IMG/VR virus record: IMGVR_UViG_3300032030_000016
From: a virus
Lineage: Duplodnaviria; Caudoviricetes
Reading direction: 5' to 3' (one strand)
DNA length: 64,000 nucleotides
Both the position numbers and the translations under genes were made by a program. Positions 29,197 to 40,208 of this stretch are shown one piece after another (positions within the stretch are counted from its first letter, which is position 1; each line of letters starts with the position of its first letter). The notes under the pieces are model-generated. The model was not told the origin of the DNA. It saw only the letters and a program-made list of their open reading frames with translations, and ran no database searches.

Positions 29197-29283
29197 ATAA
29201 AATACACATTTTATTGAAAAAAATGATAAAAAAAATGCTTGAAGTACTGCACTTTTTTTATGTCATATTCTAATAAAAATGAT
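29197..29283 (+). promoter_or_regulatory. Copy A of an 87-bp repeated regulatory element
   Basis: ATAAAA-N6-TTTTAT, 30 bp, then a 39-mer 36/39 identical to 46569-46607. Confidence 0.7.
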
Positions 29284-29317
29284 ATAAAGAATAGAATATT
29301 ACAGAAAGGAGGTTAAA

Positions 29318-30340
29318 TTGAAACAACCGTATAATAAGTTCTCGAATGAAGAATATAAACAAGTTCCAAAAGAAAATAAAGAAATAGCTGAAGATTTTTT
29401 ATTATCTTTGAAAGGTGAAAAAACTGCACAAACAATTAGGGTATATACTAATAATTGTAAAATTATATTGATTATTATGTATAGGCTTTTTGGAGAGAAA
29501 AAAATAGTTCAACTTGTAAAAAAAGATTTAGTTAAAATGCGTGTTTATATGTTAGAAGATTTAAAATTATCAACAGCAAGAGTAAATATTATTTATTCAA
29601 CATTGAGAATGTTGATGTTATTTGCAGAAGAAGACCCTGAATACAGCAAAGATTTAGAAACACAATTTATTTCATGTGGAAGTAAAGTTAAAGGATTGCC
29701 AAAACAACCTGTAAGAGATGAATCAATGTTTTTTATGTCTTATGATTTAATTATAAAGATAAAAGATAAATTATTAGAAGATAATAATATACAAGGCGCA
29801 CTTATTCATATGATGCTGTATGAATCGGCCTGTAGAAGAAATGAACTTATTCAAATAAAAAAAGACGGATTATTGAAAAGCAATTGGACAAATGAAGTCA
29901 TTGGTAAGGGGAGGAAAAAGTTTAAACTTAGCTATCAGAATGATATAAAGCCATTAATAAAACAATGGTTAGATAGTAGAGATGATGATTGTCCTTATTT
30001 ATTTATAAAAACAAAAAATGATAAAGCAGAACCAATGACAGCAGAAGATGTTTATTGTTTTGTATCAACAAAAATTAGAAATATTGCAACTGATATTGAA
30101 GGAAAAGATAATGGATATACTTGCCATTCATATCGACATTCAAGATTAAACAATCTTCTTCACGGCACAGATTTAAGTTATATTGATAAAAATGGTAATC
30201 CTAAAAAAATGGATATTAATGATTTAAGACTTTTAGCAAATCATAATGACATTTCAACTACATCTGGATATGTACAAACATCAACAACTGAAGTTCTCAA
30301 TGAATTGTTTGGTTTTGATGAGGAAGAAGATAATGACTAA
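29318..30340 (+). CDS. Tyrosine recombinase/integrase (YomM-like position)
   Basis: Catalytic set intact: SACRRNE (R), GKG (K), HSYR (HxxR), NH (H), TSGY (Y). Confidence 0.9.
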   Translation: MKQPYNKFSNEEYKQVPKENKEIAEDFLLSLKGEKTAQTIRVYTNNCKIILIIMYRLFGEKKIVQLVKKDLVKMRVYMLEDLKLSTARVNIIYSTLRMLMLFAEEDPEYSKDLETQFISCGSKVKGLPKQPVRDESMFFMSYDLIIKIKDKLLEDNNIQGALIHMMLYESACRRNELIQIKKDGLLKSNWTNEVIGKGRKKFKLSYQNDIKPLIKQWLDSRDDDCPYLFIKTKNDKAEPMTAEDVYCFVSTKIRNIATDIEGKDNGYTCHSYRHSRLNNLLHGTDLSYIDKNGNPKKMDINDLRLLANHNDISTTSGYVQTSTTEVLNELFGFDEEEDND

Positions 30341-30605
30341 AAGACAAAAACAAGTATTACGTTTTTCAAAAATAATCATAATTATTGTCATTGTAATAGT
30401 TTTTATTTTTACAGGTAGTGTTTTGTATATTTTTAATAATAAAGGAGCTGAACCAACTGCAATTATAGCTGCATTTTTTGCTTTTATGACTGGTGAAATT
30501 TTAGCTTTAGCAAAATTAAAATTGGCTGAAATATCAGCCGAAATATCAAATAAAAAAATAAAAAATAATATAAAAGAAGAGGAAAAAGATGGAGATAGTA
30601 TCTAA
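30333..30605 (+). CDS. Two-TM membrane protein (holin-like)
   Basis: Two hydrophobic helices; likely start 30333. Confidence 0.55.
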   Translation: MTKRQKQVLRFSKIIIIIVIVIVFIFTGSVLYIFNNKGAEPTAIIAAFFAFMTGEILALAKLKLAEISAEISNKKIKNNIKEEEKDGDSI

Positions 30606-30909
30606 CGTTTTACAAATTGTTTTGGATTATTTGTTGCCACTTGGCGTTGCGACACTTGTTGGTTATGTTATTGTAAAAATAAAACCATTCCTTGAAGATA
30701 AAACAACAAAAAATATTGTATCTATTCTTGTAGGAGCAGCTGAACAACTATACGAAGCTGGTCATGGTGAAGAAAAATTGAATTATGTTTTAAGTAAAGC
30801 AGAAGAATGGTTAAGACAATATCGTATTAATATTGATATGCAAAAACTTCGTGCGTTAATTGAAGCAGAGGTTTTAAAAATCAACATTGAGAAGAAATTA
30901 GTTGACTAA
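30589..30909 (+). CDS. Phage holin, LL-H family
   Basis: TM helix then VGAAEQLY..GEEKL..LRALIEAEV. Confidence 0.8.
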   Translation: MEIVSNVLQIVLDYLLPLGVATLVGYVIVKIKPFLEDKTTKNIVSILVGAAEQLYEAGHGEEKLNYVLSKAEEWLRQYRINIDMQKLRALIEAEVLKINIEKKLVD

Positions 30910-30920
30910 ATTATGATAGA

Positions 30921-30960
30921 TATAAAAAATACCATAAAAATTTTTATGGTATTTTTTATA
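30921..30960. terminator. Perfect 40-bp palindrome (probable bidirectional terminator)
   Basis: tataaaaaataccataaaaa|tttttatggtattttttata. Confidence 0.65.
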
Positions 30961-30982
30961 TGGAAGAAAAGGAAAAAATATT

Positions 30983-31552
30983 ATGTTTAATGAAAAAATT
31001 AAATTAAATTTAGATAATTTTGATAATACTGTAACAAAAGAAATAAATGGGCAAGAATTTAAATTCAATAAATATCTTGGACAAGATCTTTGTAAGACCG
31101 TTATAGATGAATGTATAGATAGATTTATTGAAATTAATAATGAGAATCATGATTTTGCATCATCTATAATGTCAGTTTTACAAACTATGAATATTTCTTT
31201 ATGTTATTTAACAACAAATATTGATATTGATAATGTTTCTTATGAGGATTTATGCGCAATTGGAATTTTCAAAGCTATTGAAGAAACATTGATTAATTAT
31301 AAAGAAATCAAAGATAATGTAATGTCTTGCATTGGTCTTATGTTTGACTATATTATTTTTAATGCAATTGAACAACTTCCTTCAAGTAAACAAATGACTG
31401 ATAATTTGCAAGACATAAAAGAAATTTTTGAATCAAATCCAGAAAAAGCTAAAGAATATGCGGATATAGTTATAGCAAATCATCCAGAATTAAAAGGATT
31501 TGGTGAAATATTTGAAAATATTTTAAAAAATTTAAACAATAAAAAAGAATAA
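30983..31552 (+). CDS. Hypothetical protein, possible tail assembly chaperone
   Basis: Immediately upstream of the tape measure; YLTTNI motif. Confidence 0.5.
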   Translation: MFNEKIKLNLDNFDNTVTKEINGQEFKFNKYLGQDLCKTVIDECIDRFIEINNENHDFASSIMSVLQTMNISLCYLTTNIDIDNVSYEDLCAIGIFKAIEETLINYKEIKDNVMSCIGLMFDYIIFNAIEQLPSSKQMTDNLQDIKEIFESNPEKAKEYADIVIANHPELKGFGEIFENILKNLNNKKE

Positions 31553-31600
31553 AAAATTAAAAGGCTTTTTAGCCTTTAATGTATAACTTTGGAGGTTAAA

Positions 31601-34600
31601 ATGGCTAATTATAATATTAATGTAAAAGCAAAAGTAGATGTACAACAAATAAAAAGCAGTATAAGGCAATCACTTGCTGAAACTACAATAAGAGTTGCAC
31701 CAAAATTTGATGTATTTGCTGATGATAATAATATTGCAGAATTTAGAAAAGCAGTTGCTAAAATTCTTAATGCAGAACCTATATCAATTACTTTAGCTGA
31801 ACCAACAAATGACAATATATCAAAAATATTAGGTGAAATCAATAAAAAGTTTATTATTACTCCTACTTTAAAATTTGACACTAATAAAGGTTCTGAATTT
31901 AAAACACAATTAGATGACATAAAACAAGCTATAGATGAATTTGGAAAAAGTTCTAAAGCAAAAATTTCTTTTGATGTAGACTCTGAAAGTCATAATCAAT
32001 TATTAAAAATAATTGATAATATTAATCAAAAGCAAAATATAGAAGTTGGTTTTTCATATAATGAACAACAAGTACAAAAATTATCAGATTTATTTCATGA
32101 TTTAGAAGGTGGAATAAAAGAATTAGATAAAGGTGCTATTGAAATATCATTTGCACCTATTTCTGATACACACTTAGTTCCCATAAAAACAAAAATTGAC
32201 GACTATTTCAAAAATAATCCCATAACATTAACTATTGCTGAGACTACAGGTGGGATTGATTTATCTTCTTTTTCTGAAACATGGAAGCAACTATCTGCTG
32301 AAAAAGAAAAAATATATCAAGAATCTAATATAAAAATTAAAGAGCAAGAAGAAAACATAAATAAAGAACTACAAATTAATTATGAAAAATATCTTGCAGA
32401 AAAAAGAAAAGCTCAAGAAAAAGAAAATCAAGAATCACAGCAAAGACAAAAAGAAGCTTCAGAAAATACAAAAGTTATTCTTCATGATGAAATAGAAGAA
32501 CATAAAAATGTTTTTAATGAAAAAATCAATAATTTAAAAGAATATTTAAATTATTTAAAAGAAGAAAATCAAAATTTAAAAGATAATATTGATATTCAAG
32601 AAGAAGCAGATAAACAATATATAGCATTATCTGAAGAAAAAAAACAACAAATAAAAGATATATCTAAAGCAGAACATGATTATGGAATATCTGTATCATA
32701 TTTAACAGAACTTTATAAAACACAGTCTTATACTTTTGAAGAGTATTCTAAAAGTATAAAAGAGACAATGCAAAAAGCAACAGAAGAAGGATTAGTTTCT
32801 CCAGAATTAATTCAGAAAACATCTTTATTGCTTGATAAATTATATAAAGAAACTCAAGATAAACAAGAAAAAGCAAACCAAAAAGCTCAACAAGAGAGAA
32901 AAAAAGAAGAAGAACGTGTTGCTAAACATCTTGAAAATATAAGAAACAAAACTCTAAAAGAACAAGAGCAAACACAAAAACAGCAAGAACAAGCATGGAA
33001 TAAAGAAACTCAAGACCTTCAAGAAAAATATAATAAACAACTTATATCCACTGAAGAATACATTGAAAAAATGGAAATTCTTGTTAAACAAGGATTTGAT
33101 AACGGATATGATAAAGCTAATCATTATTCTAATTCTCTTGAACAGGTGAAACAAAAACAAGATAAAGCTGGACAAAGTGCTGATAATTTAAGAAATAAAG
33201 TAAATAATCTTGGTTTAAAATTTGATAATGTCTTCAATTCTTTAATGCGTTACTTTGGTGTAACAAAAATATTCGATGCTGTCCAAAGTTCTTTTTCAAA
33301 AATGATTCAAGAAGTTCGAGATTTAGATGTTGAACTTACTGAGTTCTCTAAAGTAACGGACTTATCGGTAAATGAAACCAATAAGTTTGTTGACAGTTGT
33401 TATGAATTAGGTGATGCAGTATCAAGAACAGGAACAGAAGTCATTCAGGCCACTACATTATTTAAAAAAATGGGTTATGAAATTGATGAATCTATGCAAT
33501 TTGCAAAAGATGCATTAATATGGACAAATGTTGCCGATGGAATAGTAACTGTTGAGAATGCATCAACTATGCTTATTTCTACAATGAAAGCATTTGAAGA
33601 GCAAGGCATTTCAAGTACACATATTATTGATGCATTAAACGAAGTATCAAATAAATATTCAACATCTTCTTCTGCTCTTTCTGATAATCTTTCTACTGTA
33701 TCTGCTACTTTAGCTGTTAGTGGGACTAGTTTTGAACAAACAATTGGCCTTTTAACAGCAGGTATTGAAATTATGCCAGATAAGGCATCAAAAGTAGCAA
33801 ATGGCTTAAAGACTATTTCTCAAAGAATTAGACAAATAGACGGAGATACTGCTGATAAACTTGATGAATTTCTAGGTTCAAAAGGAATTTCTCGTTATGA
33901 TGAATTAACAGGACAGCTAAAGGGAACTTATGATCTTTTAGAGGAAATTGCTGGACAATGGAATAAACTATCTATTAACGAAAAACAATATCTTGGCGAA
34001 ACAATGGCTGGTAAAAATCAAATTACTGTTATGAATGCCTTGATGATGAATTTTAAAACCGCAATTGAAGCCACTAATACAGCAATGAATTCATCTGGTT
34101 CAGCATCTAAAGAACTTCAAAGAGTATTAAATAGTATTCAAGGACATCTTCAAAAATTTAAAACAACTTTTGAAAAGCTGTCTTATAAATTAATTGATAC
34201 TAGTGCTATAAAAGAGTTTATTGATCTTGGAACTAATGTATTAAGAGTACTTGGTGAGGTTTCAATATCTATAAAACCAATATTGAAAGCTGTAGAAGCA
34301 ATTGCTTTTATTATAAATATTCCATTTAAAATTATTGATGCTTCAAATAAAAAACTTGAAGAAACAAAAGAAACTCTTATAAGTTTAAAACAAGAAGAAA
34401 AGAATAATCTTGATGATACAATTAAAAAATATGAAGAACTTCAAAATTTATATAATTCAGAAAACTTATCTCAAAAAGAGAAGACTGAAATTTTAAGAGA
34501 AATAATAAAGCTAAATGAAGGAAATTTTCTTGCTAATAATAATATCAATGAAGAGATTCGTTTACAAAATGAAAGATTGTACACTCAAAAAGGTATTTTA

Positions 34601-37600
34601 GCTAGTATTAATGAACAAAATGCAAAAAACGCTTTATTTGATTCTGGATTTTTAGGAATTAAAGATGCAACTCGCTCTCTCTTAGATTTAAATAAAAGTA
34701 TATCTGATATTATTTTTTCTGAATCAGGAAAAATAAAATATACTGATTTGATTGATTCTGAAGACATATCCCTTAATATAAAAAAAGATACACTACAAAG
34801 TATATTGGATGCATTAAATGAGATACCTGTTGAAAGCAGAGGCTTAGATTGGTTAGGTATTTACGATACAGTATCTACTGATTTAAAAGCCATTAATAAT
34901 GTCGTTGATGATGTTAATAAATATGCTGAAGAAGCTGTATCAAGTATGCTTCAAGCGACTGGTAGAAATATAAAAACCATGTCGGATGAAGAACTAAAAA
35001 ATTTAAAAAATCAAATTGATGGAATAACAGACAGAAAAGACATTATCTTTTCTATTAGTGCCGACACAGAGCAAATTGAACAACTTGGCAACATGATTGA
35101 TAATGAGTTATCTGCTAGAGCGGAATCAGGATCAAATAATGTGGTAAACAGTATTGATGAAATTAATTTATCGCTTTCTGGTGCCATAGCAATAATGAGT
35201 GATTATGCTTCTCAGGCTGAAATATTATCTCAAGCTCAAGAAGATATAACTAATTCTGGAGTAATAAGTGCTGAAACATTAAAGAAAATAGCAGATGCAG
35301 GGCTTTTAGCTTATCTTACTATTGATGAAACAACAGGTTCACTCGTTGTAAATACACAAGCATTTCTTGATAATAATGCATCTTTGGAAGATAATACAAT
35401 TGCTGAATATGTAGCAACAGAACAAAAAAAATATGATGCGGACATTACAGATATTTTATCTGGAAATTTAGATACAGCTACATCATCTACAGATAAATTA
35501 ACTTCAGCTACTAAACAAAGCGGAGAAGAAGCTTTAAATGCAGCCTTAAAACATGCTGAAAATGCAGAAGCCCTAATAGCAGAAAAACGGGCAACAGGAG
35601 AACTTACTGATGCACAAGTGGAGGCAATAAGAACAAGAGCTGCCACTTTCAAGTCAGAAGTTCAAACAGGTGTTGCACTTCTTAGAGGCTATTTTTCTAA
35701 TGTTACACAAGCAAGAACGGCAACTTCAAGAGGTGCTTCTCATAGTTCAACACCATCTTCATCATCATCCTCTTCATCTCGTTCCAACAGTTCATCCACA
35801 AAAAGCAGTGAAGACCTTTGGAAAAAAGAATTTGAAAAACAACAAAAGATACTTAAGCATTATCTTGAAATGGAAGAAATTACCGAAAGACAGTATTATG
35901 CTTCCTTGAAGATACTTAATGACCAATTCTTCAAAGATAGAGTTGAATATGAAGAAGAATACTTAAAATATCAAGAAGAGATTTATAAAGGTGAGAAGAA
36001 ATTTGTTCAAAGAATTTTTGAACGAACAGAAGCCATCCTTGAAAATCAACTTGAAGCAAGTATGATTACTTCAAAAGAGTATTTTGATAAACTTGAATCT
36101 TTATACACCACATATTATACCAAACAAGAAGATTTAGAAGACAGATTATTTGAGCTTAAAAAACAAAGATACCAATATGAAAAACAGCAAATTCAAGATC
36201 AAATAAATCTTATGGAATCTCAAATGTCAAAACTTCTTCAAAGAGGCGAAGGATTATTAAAACATCGTCTTGCTATGGACGAAATAACTCAAACTCAATA
36301 TCTTAACGCACTTGAAGCACTTTATCTTTCATATTATGAAGATAGAGAAGAACTTGAAGAAAAGCTTTGGGAAGTTGAAGAAGGTAGATATGAAGAGCGA
36401 AAAAAAAAACTCGATACGGTTATTTCTTATGCTATTAGTGTTATAGATGAAGAAATTGATAAACTTAAAAAAGAAAAAGAATCTATTGATGAAGTAAATG
36501 ATTCAATAGAAGAACAAATAAAACTTCAAGAACTTCAAGATAACTTAGAAAAAGCAAGAAATAGAAAAATAAGAGTATATCGTAAAGGACAAGGCTTTGT
36601 TTACGAACAAGATACGCAAGCCATTAGTGAAGCTCAAACTGCATTAGATGAATACAAAAGAGAATTAAGCCATAAAAAAAAAATCTCAATGATTGATGAA
36701 GAAATTGAAAATCTTGAGAAATATAAGGAAAAATGGCAAAGTATTACAGATAATTATACAAAATCCCAAAATGAAATGGTTGTAAAAGGTATTTTGGGTG
36801 AAAATGCAAGACAAAAAATTCTCGAAGATGAAAAATCTTATGCTGAAAGTCTTGGTAATCAATATGTTGACACCAAAGATAAGGTATCTGATGCTCAAAC
36901 AGGAATGACTTCTGATGCGCAAGAAGGATTATCTGCAAGAGAAGAACTTTACACAACTGAAAAACTTATCGTTGATAGTATAGGTGACAAATATTGGGAG
37001 ACCAGAGGAAAAGCTAAAGATGCAAATGAAGCAATCATAACTGATTTAGGTTTATTTATTGGTAGTGAAGATGATCCTAATTCTTTGAGTGGTAAAATCA
37101 AAATAATTAATGATGAACTTGCTAAAGTTGGTAATGCTACTATCACTGTAGGAATAGATGGCAATAAATACATTCAAACAGTACAAAGTATAGAAGATTT
37201 AGGTTTAGTTATTGATGGTTTAAGAGGAAAAGAATATACTGAATTAACCATTGATATTAATGGCACAGAATATGAATTAAGTAAACAAGAAATTAAAGTT
37301 ATTCATGACGCTATTGATAATTTACAGGGTAAAACGTTAATTATTAAAATTGATGACCAAACTAAAGAATCTCTATCTGACATTCAACACACAGTTGATT
37401 CATTAGAAGGGAAAATCTTACAGATTGGTATTCAAAATAACATATCTGATGATGATATAACTGCAATTCAAGCTTTACTCAATAAACTAAAGAACAAAGT
37501 AATAGAAGTTAGTCTTCAAGATACTATTAGCGATACTGAATTAGATGATATTCAAAATGATATTAATGCATTACAAGGTAAATTAATTGAAGTTGGTATT

Positions 37601-39637
37601 GATACTGGAACTTATAAAGATGATTTAAATACTATCCAAAATGCTATTGATGAAATGACAGGTAAAGCATTACCTATTGATATCAATGACCAAACTCAAA
37701 CACCTTTATCTGATATTCAGACTGCCCTTGACGCTTTAAAAGATGCCGATATAGAAGTAAAAACCAATGATATACAAACAATTCTTGATGATTTAGAGCA
37801 AACAAAAAATGATATTGAAGAATTAAATGGTTCAAAAGCAGAACTTGAAATCGGGTGGAAAAAGGAGAATGGACAGACTCAATTAGAAATTCTCGAAAAT
37901 TCTATGGCCGATTGGCAAACTACATATACAACTTATCTATCTGAAATCATTGATAAATTAAGAACATTAATTGAATCTCAAAAACAGGCTGGTTCTTATG
38001 ATATTACCGGTTCTGGCAGTAGCGCAACATATCAATCTACTTATTCATATACACCACAAGTTGGAGATAAAGTCTCTGTCACCAAAGCATATCAAGATGC
38101 GAATCCTAATTGGCCACTTTTAGGATTAGATCATTGGGTAGTTCAACCTGATTATGAAAACGAAGGATATTGGAAAATATCAAATCAAGGGCCAAATGGA
38201 GGAATAGATTATTCCGTACCTACTTCTGCATTATATAAATCTGGCACTACAGATCCATCTTTATTGAGTTATGGTACAACTAATTCAACAGGTGGTGGTG
38301 GTAGTAGTGGGGGCACTTCATCAGGTGGTGGAGGTACTTCATCTGGTAGTGGTGGTTCTAATAGTAGTACATCGAGCGGAAGCAGTGGAAATACATCATC
38401 TGGTAGTGATACATCATCAACATCCGAGGTGGTATCGTTAAATGGTATCAAAGTGGGAGATACTGTTTATGCTGGTGAAATATATTATACAAGCTTTGGT
38501 GGTAAATATACAAGACATTTTAGACTTTATAATAATTCAGATGAAAATTATAAAGTCACTGATATCGATAAAGAAAATAAAAAATTTTACCTAGAAGGAT
38601 TAGGATGGCGGTCTTGGGAACTTGTTTCTACATCAAAAACATTAAATACTTTTCCCGCTTATAATCAGTCACCTAATTATGAACCAGAAATTGTCATGTC
38701 TGATTCACTAACTTCTTCAGATTTTTCGTCTGGAGAAAAAGTAAAAGTGATAAATAAGTCTATTCCTTATTATGATGACAACTATGTTTGGACTGTTGCA
38801 GATATAGCTAATTCAGATGCATCTGATGGAAGCTATAAAAAAGGAATGGTTAGATTAAAAAATGAAGATGGAACTATAGTAACAGCTGTTTGGCCAAGTA
38901 ATTTGCAAAAAGTCGATGGCACCTCTACTAATCAACAACAATCTTCTTCATCTGATAATAATCAACAACAACAAGACAATACTCCCGCCAATGGCGCTTC
39001 AAGAAACAATAATGGACAATGGGAGTATTATAATGCCGAAAAAGGTGAATGGTGGCCATATGATTACATAACAACAGGGGGGACTAGTTACTTTGAAAAT
39101 CCTGTAACACATGAAAGAATAGAAGATGAATCATCATCAGGAGGCAGTTCATCTAGTGGAGGCAGTTCATCTGGTGGAGGCAGTTCTGGATATTATGATG
39201 GTAGTTATTCTGACTATGTTCAACAAAATGGTACATACGATCCTAGCACTGGTGGATATTATATGGATGGTATATATTTTGGTCCGGGGAATTTTGCTTC
39301 TGGTACTCTCGCCACAAAATCTAAAACATTTATGGTAAATGAAAATGGTATTGAAGCAATGGTTACACCAGATGGTACAGTTATTAGTGCTCCAACACCC
39401 GGATATGGTGTAATTAAAAATGAATACACAGAACGACTTACTGATTTTGCTGCTGATCCATTACAGTTTCTTAATAAAGAATTTTCTGGTTATGTTGGTA
39501 ATTATAAAAATAATCAAAATAATAATCAAGTTATTAATATCAATGGCGATTTAAACCTTCCTAATGTTACCAATGGTGAATCTTTTGTTGATTCCATTAA
39601 AACTCTTGCTTTACAATATACTACGAGGAGAAAATGA
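31601..39637 (+). CDS. Tail tape measure protein
   Basis: About 2680 aa, helical; TP901-type core (ELTEFSKVTD, IIDALNEVSN, VANGLKTI, AGKNQ); C-terminal FASGT...VNENGIE. Confidence 0.92.
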   Translation: MANYNINVKAKVDVQQIKSSIRQSLAETTIRVAPKFDVFADDNNIAEFRKAVAKILNAEPISITLAEPTNDNISKILGEINKKFIITPTLKFDTNKGSEFKTQLDDIKQAIDEFGKSSKAKISFDVDSESHNQLLKIIDNINQKQNIEVGFSYNEQQVQKLSDLFHDLEGGIKELDKGAIEISFAPISDTHLVPIKTKIDDYFKNNPITLTIAETTGGIDLSSFSETWKQLSAEKEKIYQESNIKIKEQEENINKELQINYEKYLAEKRKAQEKENQESQQRQKEASENTKVILHDEIEEHKNVFNEKINNLKEYLNYLKEENQNLKDNIDIQEEADKQYIALSEEKKQQIKDISKAEHDYGISVSYLTELYKTQSYTFEEYSKSIKETMQKATEEGLVSPELIQKTSLLLDKLYKETQDKQEKANQKAQQERKKEEERVAKHLENIRNKTLKEQEQTQKQQEQAWNKETQDLQEKYNKQLISTEEYIEKMEILVKQGFDNGYDKANHYSNSLEQVKQKQDKAGQSADNLRNKVNNLGLKFDNVFNSLMRYFGVTKIFDAVQSSFSKMIQEVRDLDVELTEFSKVTDLSVNETNKFVDSCYELGDAVSRTGTEVIQATTLFKKMGYEIDESMQFAKDALIWTNVADGIVTVENASTMLISTMKAFEEQGISSTHIIDALNEVSNKYSTSSSALSDNLSTVSATLAVSGTSFEQTIGLLTAGIEIMPDKASKVANGLKTISQRIRQIDGDTADKLDEFLGSKGISRYDELTGQLKGTYDLLEEIAGQWNKLSINEKQYLGETMAGKNQITVMNALMMNFKTAIEATNTAMNSSGSASKELQRVLNSIQGHLQKFKTTFEKLSYKLIDTSAIKEFIDLGTNVLRVLGEVSISIKPILKAVEAIAFIINIPFKIIDASNKKLEETKETLISLKQEEKNNLDDTIKKYEELQNLYNSENLSQKEKTEILREIIKLNEGNFLANNNINEEIRLQNERLYTQKGILASINEQNAKNALFDSGFLGIKDATRSLLDLNKSISDIIFSESGKIKYTDLIDSEDISLNIKKDTLQSILDALNEIPVESRGLDWLGIYDTVSTDLKAINNVVDDVNKYAEEAVSSMLQATGRNIKTMSDEELKNLKNQIDGITDRKDIIFSISADTEQIEQLGNMIDNELSARAESGSNNVVNSIDEINLSLSGAIAIMSDYASQAEILSQAQEDITNSGVISAETLKKIADAGLLAYLTIDETTGSLVVNTQAFLDNNASLEDNTIAEYVATEQKKYDADITDILSGNLDTATSSTDKLTSATKQSGEEALNAALKHAENAEALIAEKRATGELTDAQVEAIRTRAATFKSEVQTGVALLRGYFSNVTQARTATSRGASHSSTPSSSSSSSSRSNSSSTKSSEDLWKKEFEKQQKILKHYLEMEEITERQYYASLKILNDQFFKDRVEYEEEYLKYQEEIYKGEKKFVQRIFERTEAILENQLEASMITSKEYFDKLESLYTTYYTKQEDLEDRLFELKKQRYQYEKQQIQDQINLMESQMSKLLQRGEGLLKHRLAMDEITQTQYLNALEALYLSYYEDREELEEKLWEVEEGRYEERKKKLDTVISYAISVIDEEIDKLKKEKESIDEVNDSIEEQIKLQELQDNLEKARNRKIRVYRKGQGFVYEQDTQAISEAQTALDEYKRELSHKKKISMIDEEIENLEKYKEKWQSITDNYTKSQNEMVVKGILGENARQKILEDEKSYAESLGNQYVDTKDKVSDAQTGMTSDAQEGLSAREELYTTEKLIVDSIGDKYWETRGKAKDANEAIITDLGLFIGSEDDPNSLSGKIKIINDELAKVGNATITVGIDGNKYIQTVQSIEDLGLVIDGLRGKEYTELTIDINGTEYELSKQEIKVIHDAIDNLQGKTLIIKIDDQTKESLSDIQHTVDSLEGKILQIGIQNNISDDDITAIQALLNKLKNKVIEVSLQDTISDTELDDIQNDINALQGKLIEVGIDTGTYKDDLNTIQNAIDEMTGKALPIDINDQTQTPLSDIQTALDALKDADIEVKTNDIQTILDDLEQTKNDIEELNGSKAELEIGWKKENGQTQLEILENSMADWQTTYTTYLSEIIDKLRTLIESQKQAGSYDITGSGSSATYQSTYSYTPQVGDKVSVTKAYQDANPNWPLLGLDHWVVQPDYENEGYWKISNQGPNGGIDYSVPTSALYKSGTTDPSLLSYGTTNSTGGGGSSGGTSSGGGGTSSGSGGSNSSTSSGSSGNTSSGSDTSSTSEVVSLNGIKVGDTVYAGEIYYTSFGGKYTRHFRLYNNSDENYKVTDIDKENKKFYLEGLGWRSWELVSTSKTLNTFPAYNQSPNYEPEIVMSDSLTSSDFSSGEKVKVINKSIPYYDDNYVWTVADIANSDASDGSYKKGMVRLKNEDGTIVTAVWPSNLQKVDGTSTNQQQSSSSDNNQQQQDNTPANGASRNNNGQWEYYNAEKGEWWPYDYITTGGTSYFENPVTHERIEDESSSGGSSSSGGSSSGGGSSGYYDGSYSDYVQQNGTYDPSTGGYYMDGIYFGPGNFASGTLATKSKTFMVNENGIEAMVTPDGTVISAPTPGYGVIKNEYTERLTDFAADPLQFLNKEFSGYVGNYKNNQNNNQVININGDLNLPNVTNGESFVDSIKTLALQYTTRRK
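39140..39190 (+). repeat. 18-bp tandem repeat encoding GGSSS(S/G)
   Basis: ggaggcagttcatct[a/g]gt, about 3 copies. Confidence 0.85.
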
Positions 39638-40182
39638 ATAATCCTGCACAACAAATAATTGAAGCCATACAAATACTTGTTGACAATGCTATGAAAAAAA
39701 CCACAAATATTAATGGAGGTATTATTACCTCCATTAATAATGATGGCAGATATTCTGTTTTAGTAAAAGGTAAAACAAATATTCTAAAAGCATATCCAAG
39801 AACAAGATCACTTTCTGTGGGCGACACAGTACAAGTTGTTACTCCGCAAGGTCAAAATAGTCAAGCTTTCATTCTTCCATGTTCATTTAATGTTATAAAA
39901 GAAAATTTAAATATAGTTGATGAAACTATAAATTCAACATCAACTCCACAAAACGATATTTATGGAATTGGTCTTTGCATAAATGATGTAAATAATGAAC
40001 AAGTTGGATATATTAGAGCGGTTTCTTTATCAACAGGATATGATGGCATAGAAATTTTAACAACTAAAAATATAAATAATACAAATTATGAAAATAAGAT
40101 AGGTCTATTCATAGATAAATCTGGAAATAATTTAATTGAAATTAGTGATCCTAGTGCTTGGAGAACAGCATTGGGAATTTAA
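39634..40182 (+). CDS. Tail tip protein with N-terminal OB-like domain
   Basis: GIITSINNDGRYSV..VGDTVQVVTPQG. Confidence 0.5.
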   Translation: MNNPAQQIIEAIQILVDNAMKKTTNINGGIITSINNDGRYSVLVKGKTNILKAYPRTRSLSVGDTVQVVTPQGQNSQAFILPCSFNVIKENLNIVDETINSTSTPQNDIYGIGLCINDVNNEQVGYIRAVSLSTGYDGIEILTTKNINNTNYENKIGLFIDKSGNNLIEISDPSAWRTALGI

Positions 40183-40208
40183 ATAAAAAAGAAAGGGGGA
40201 TAAGATAG

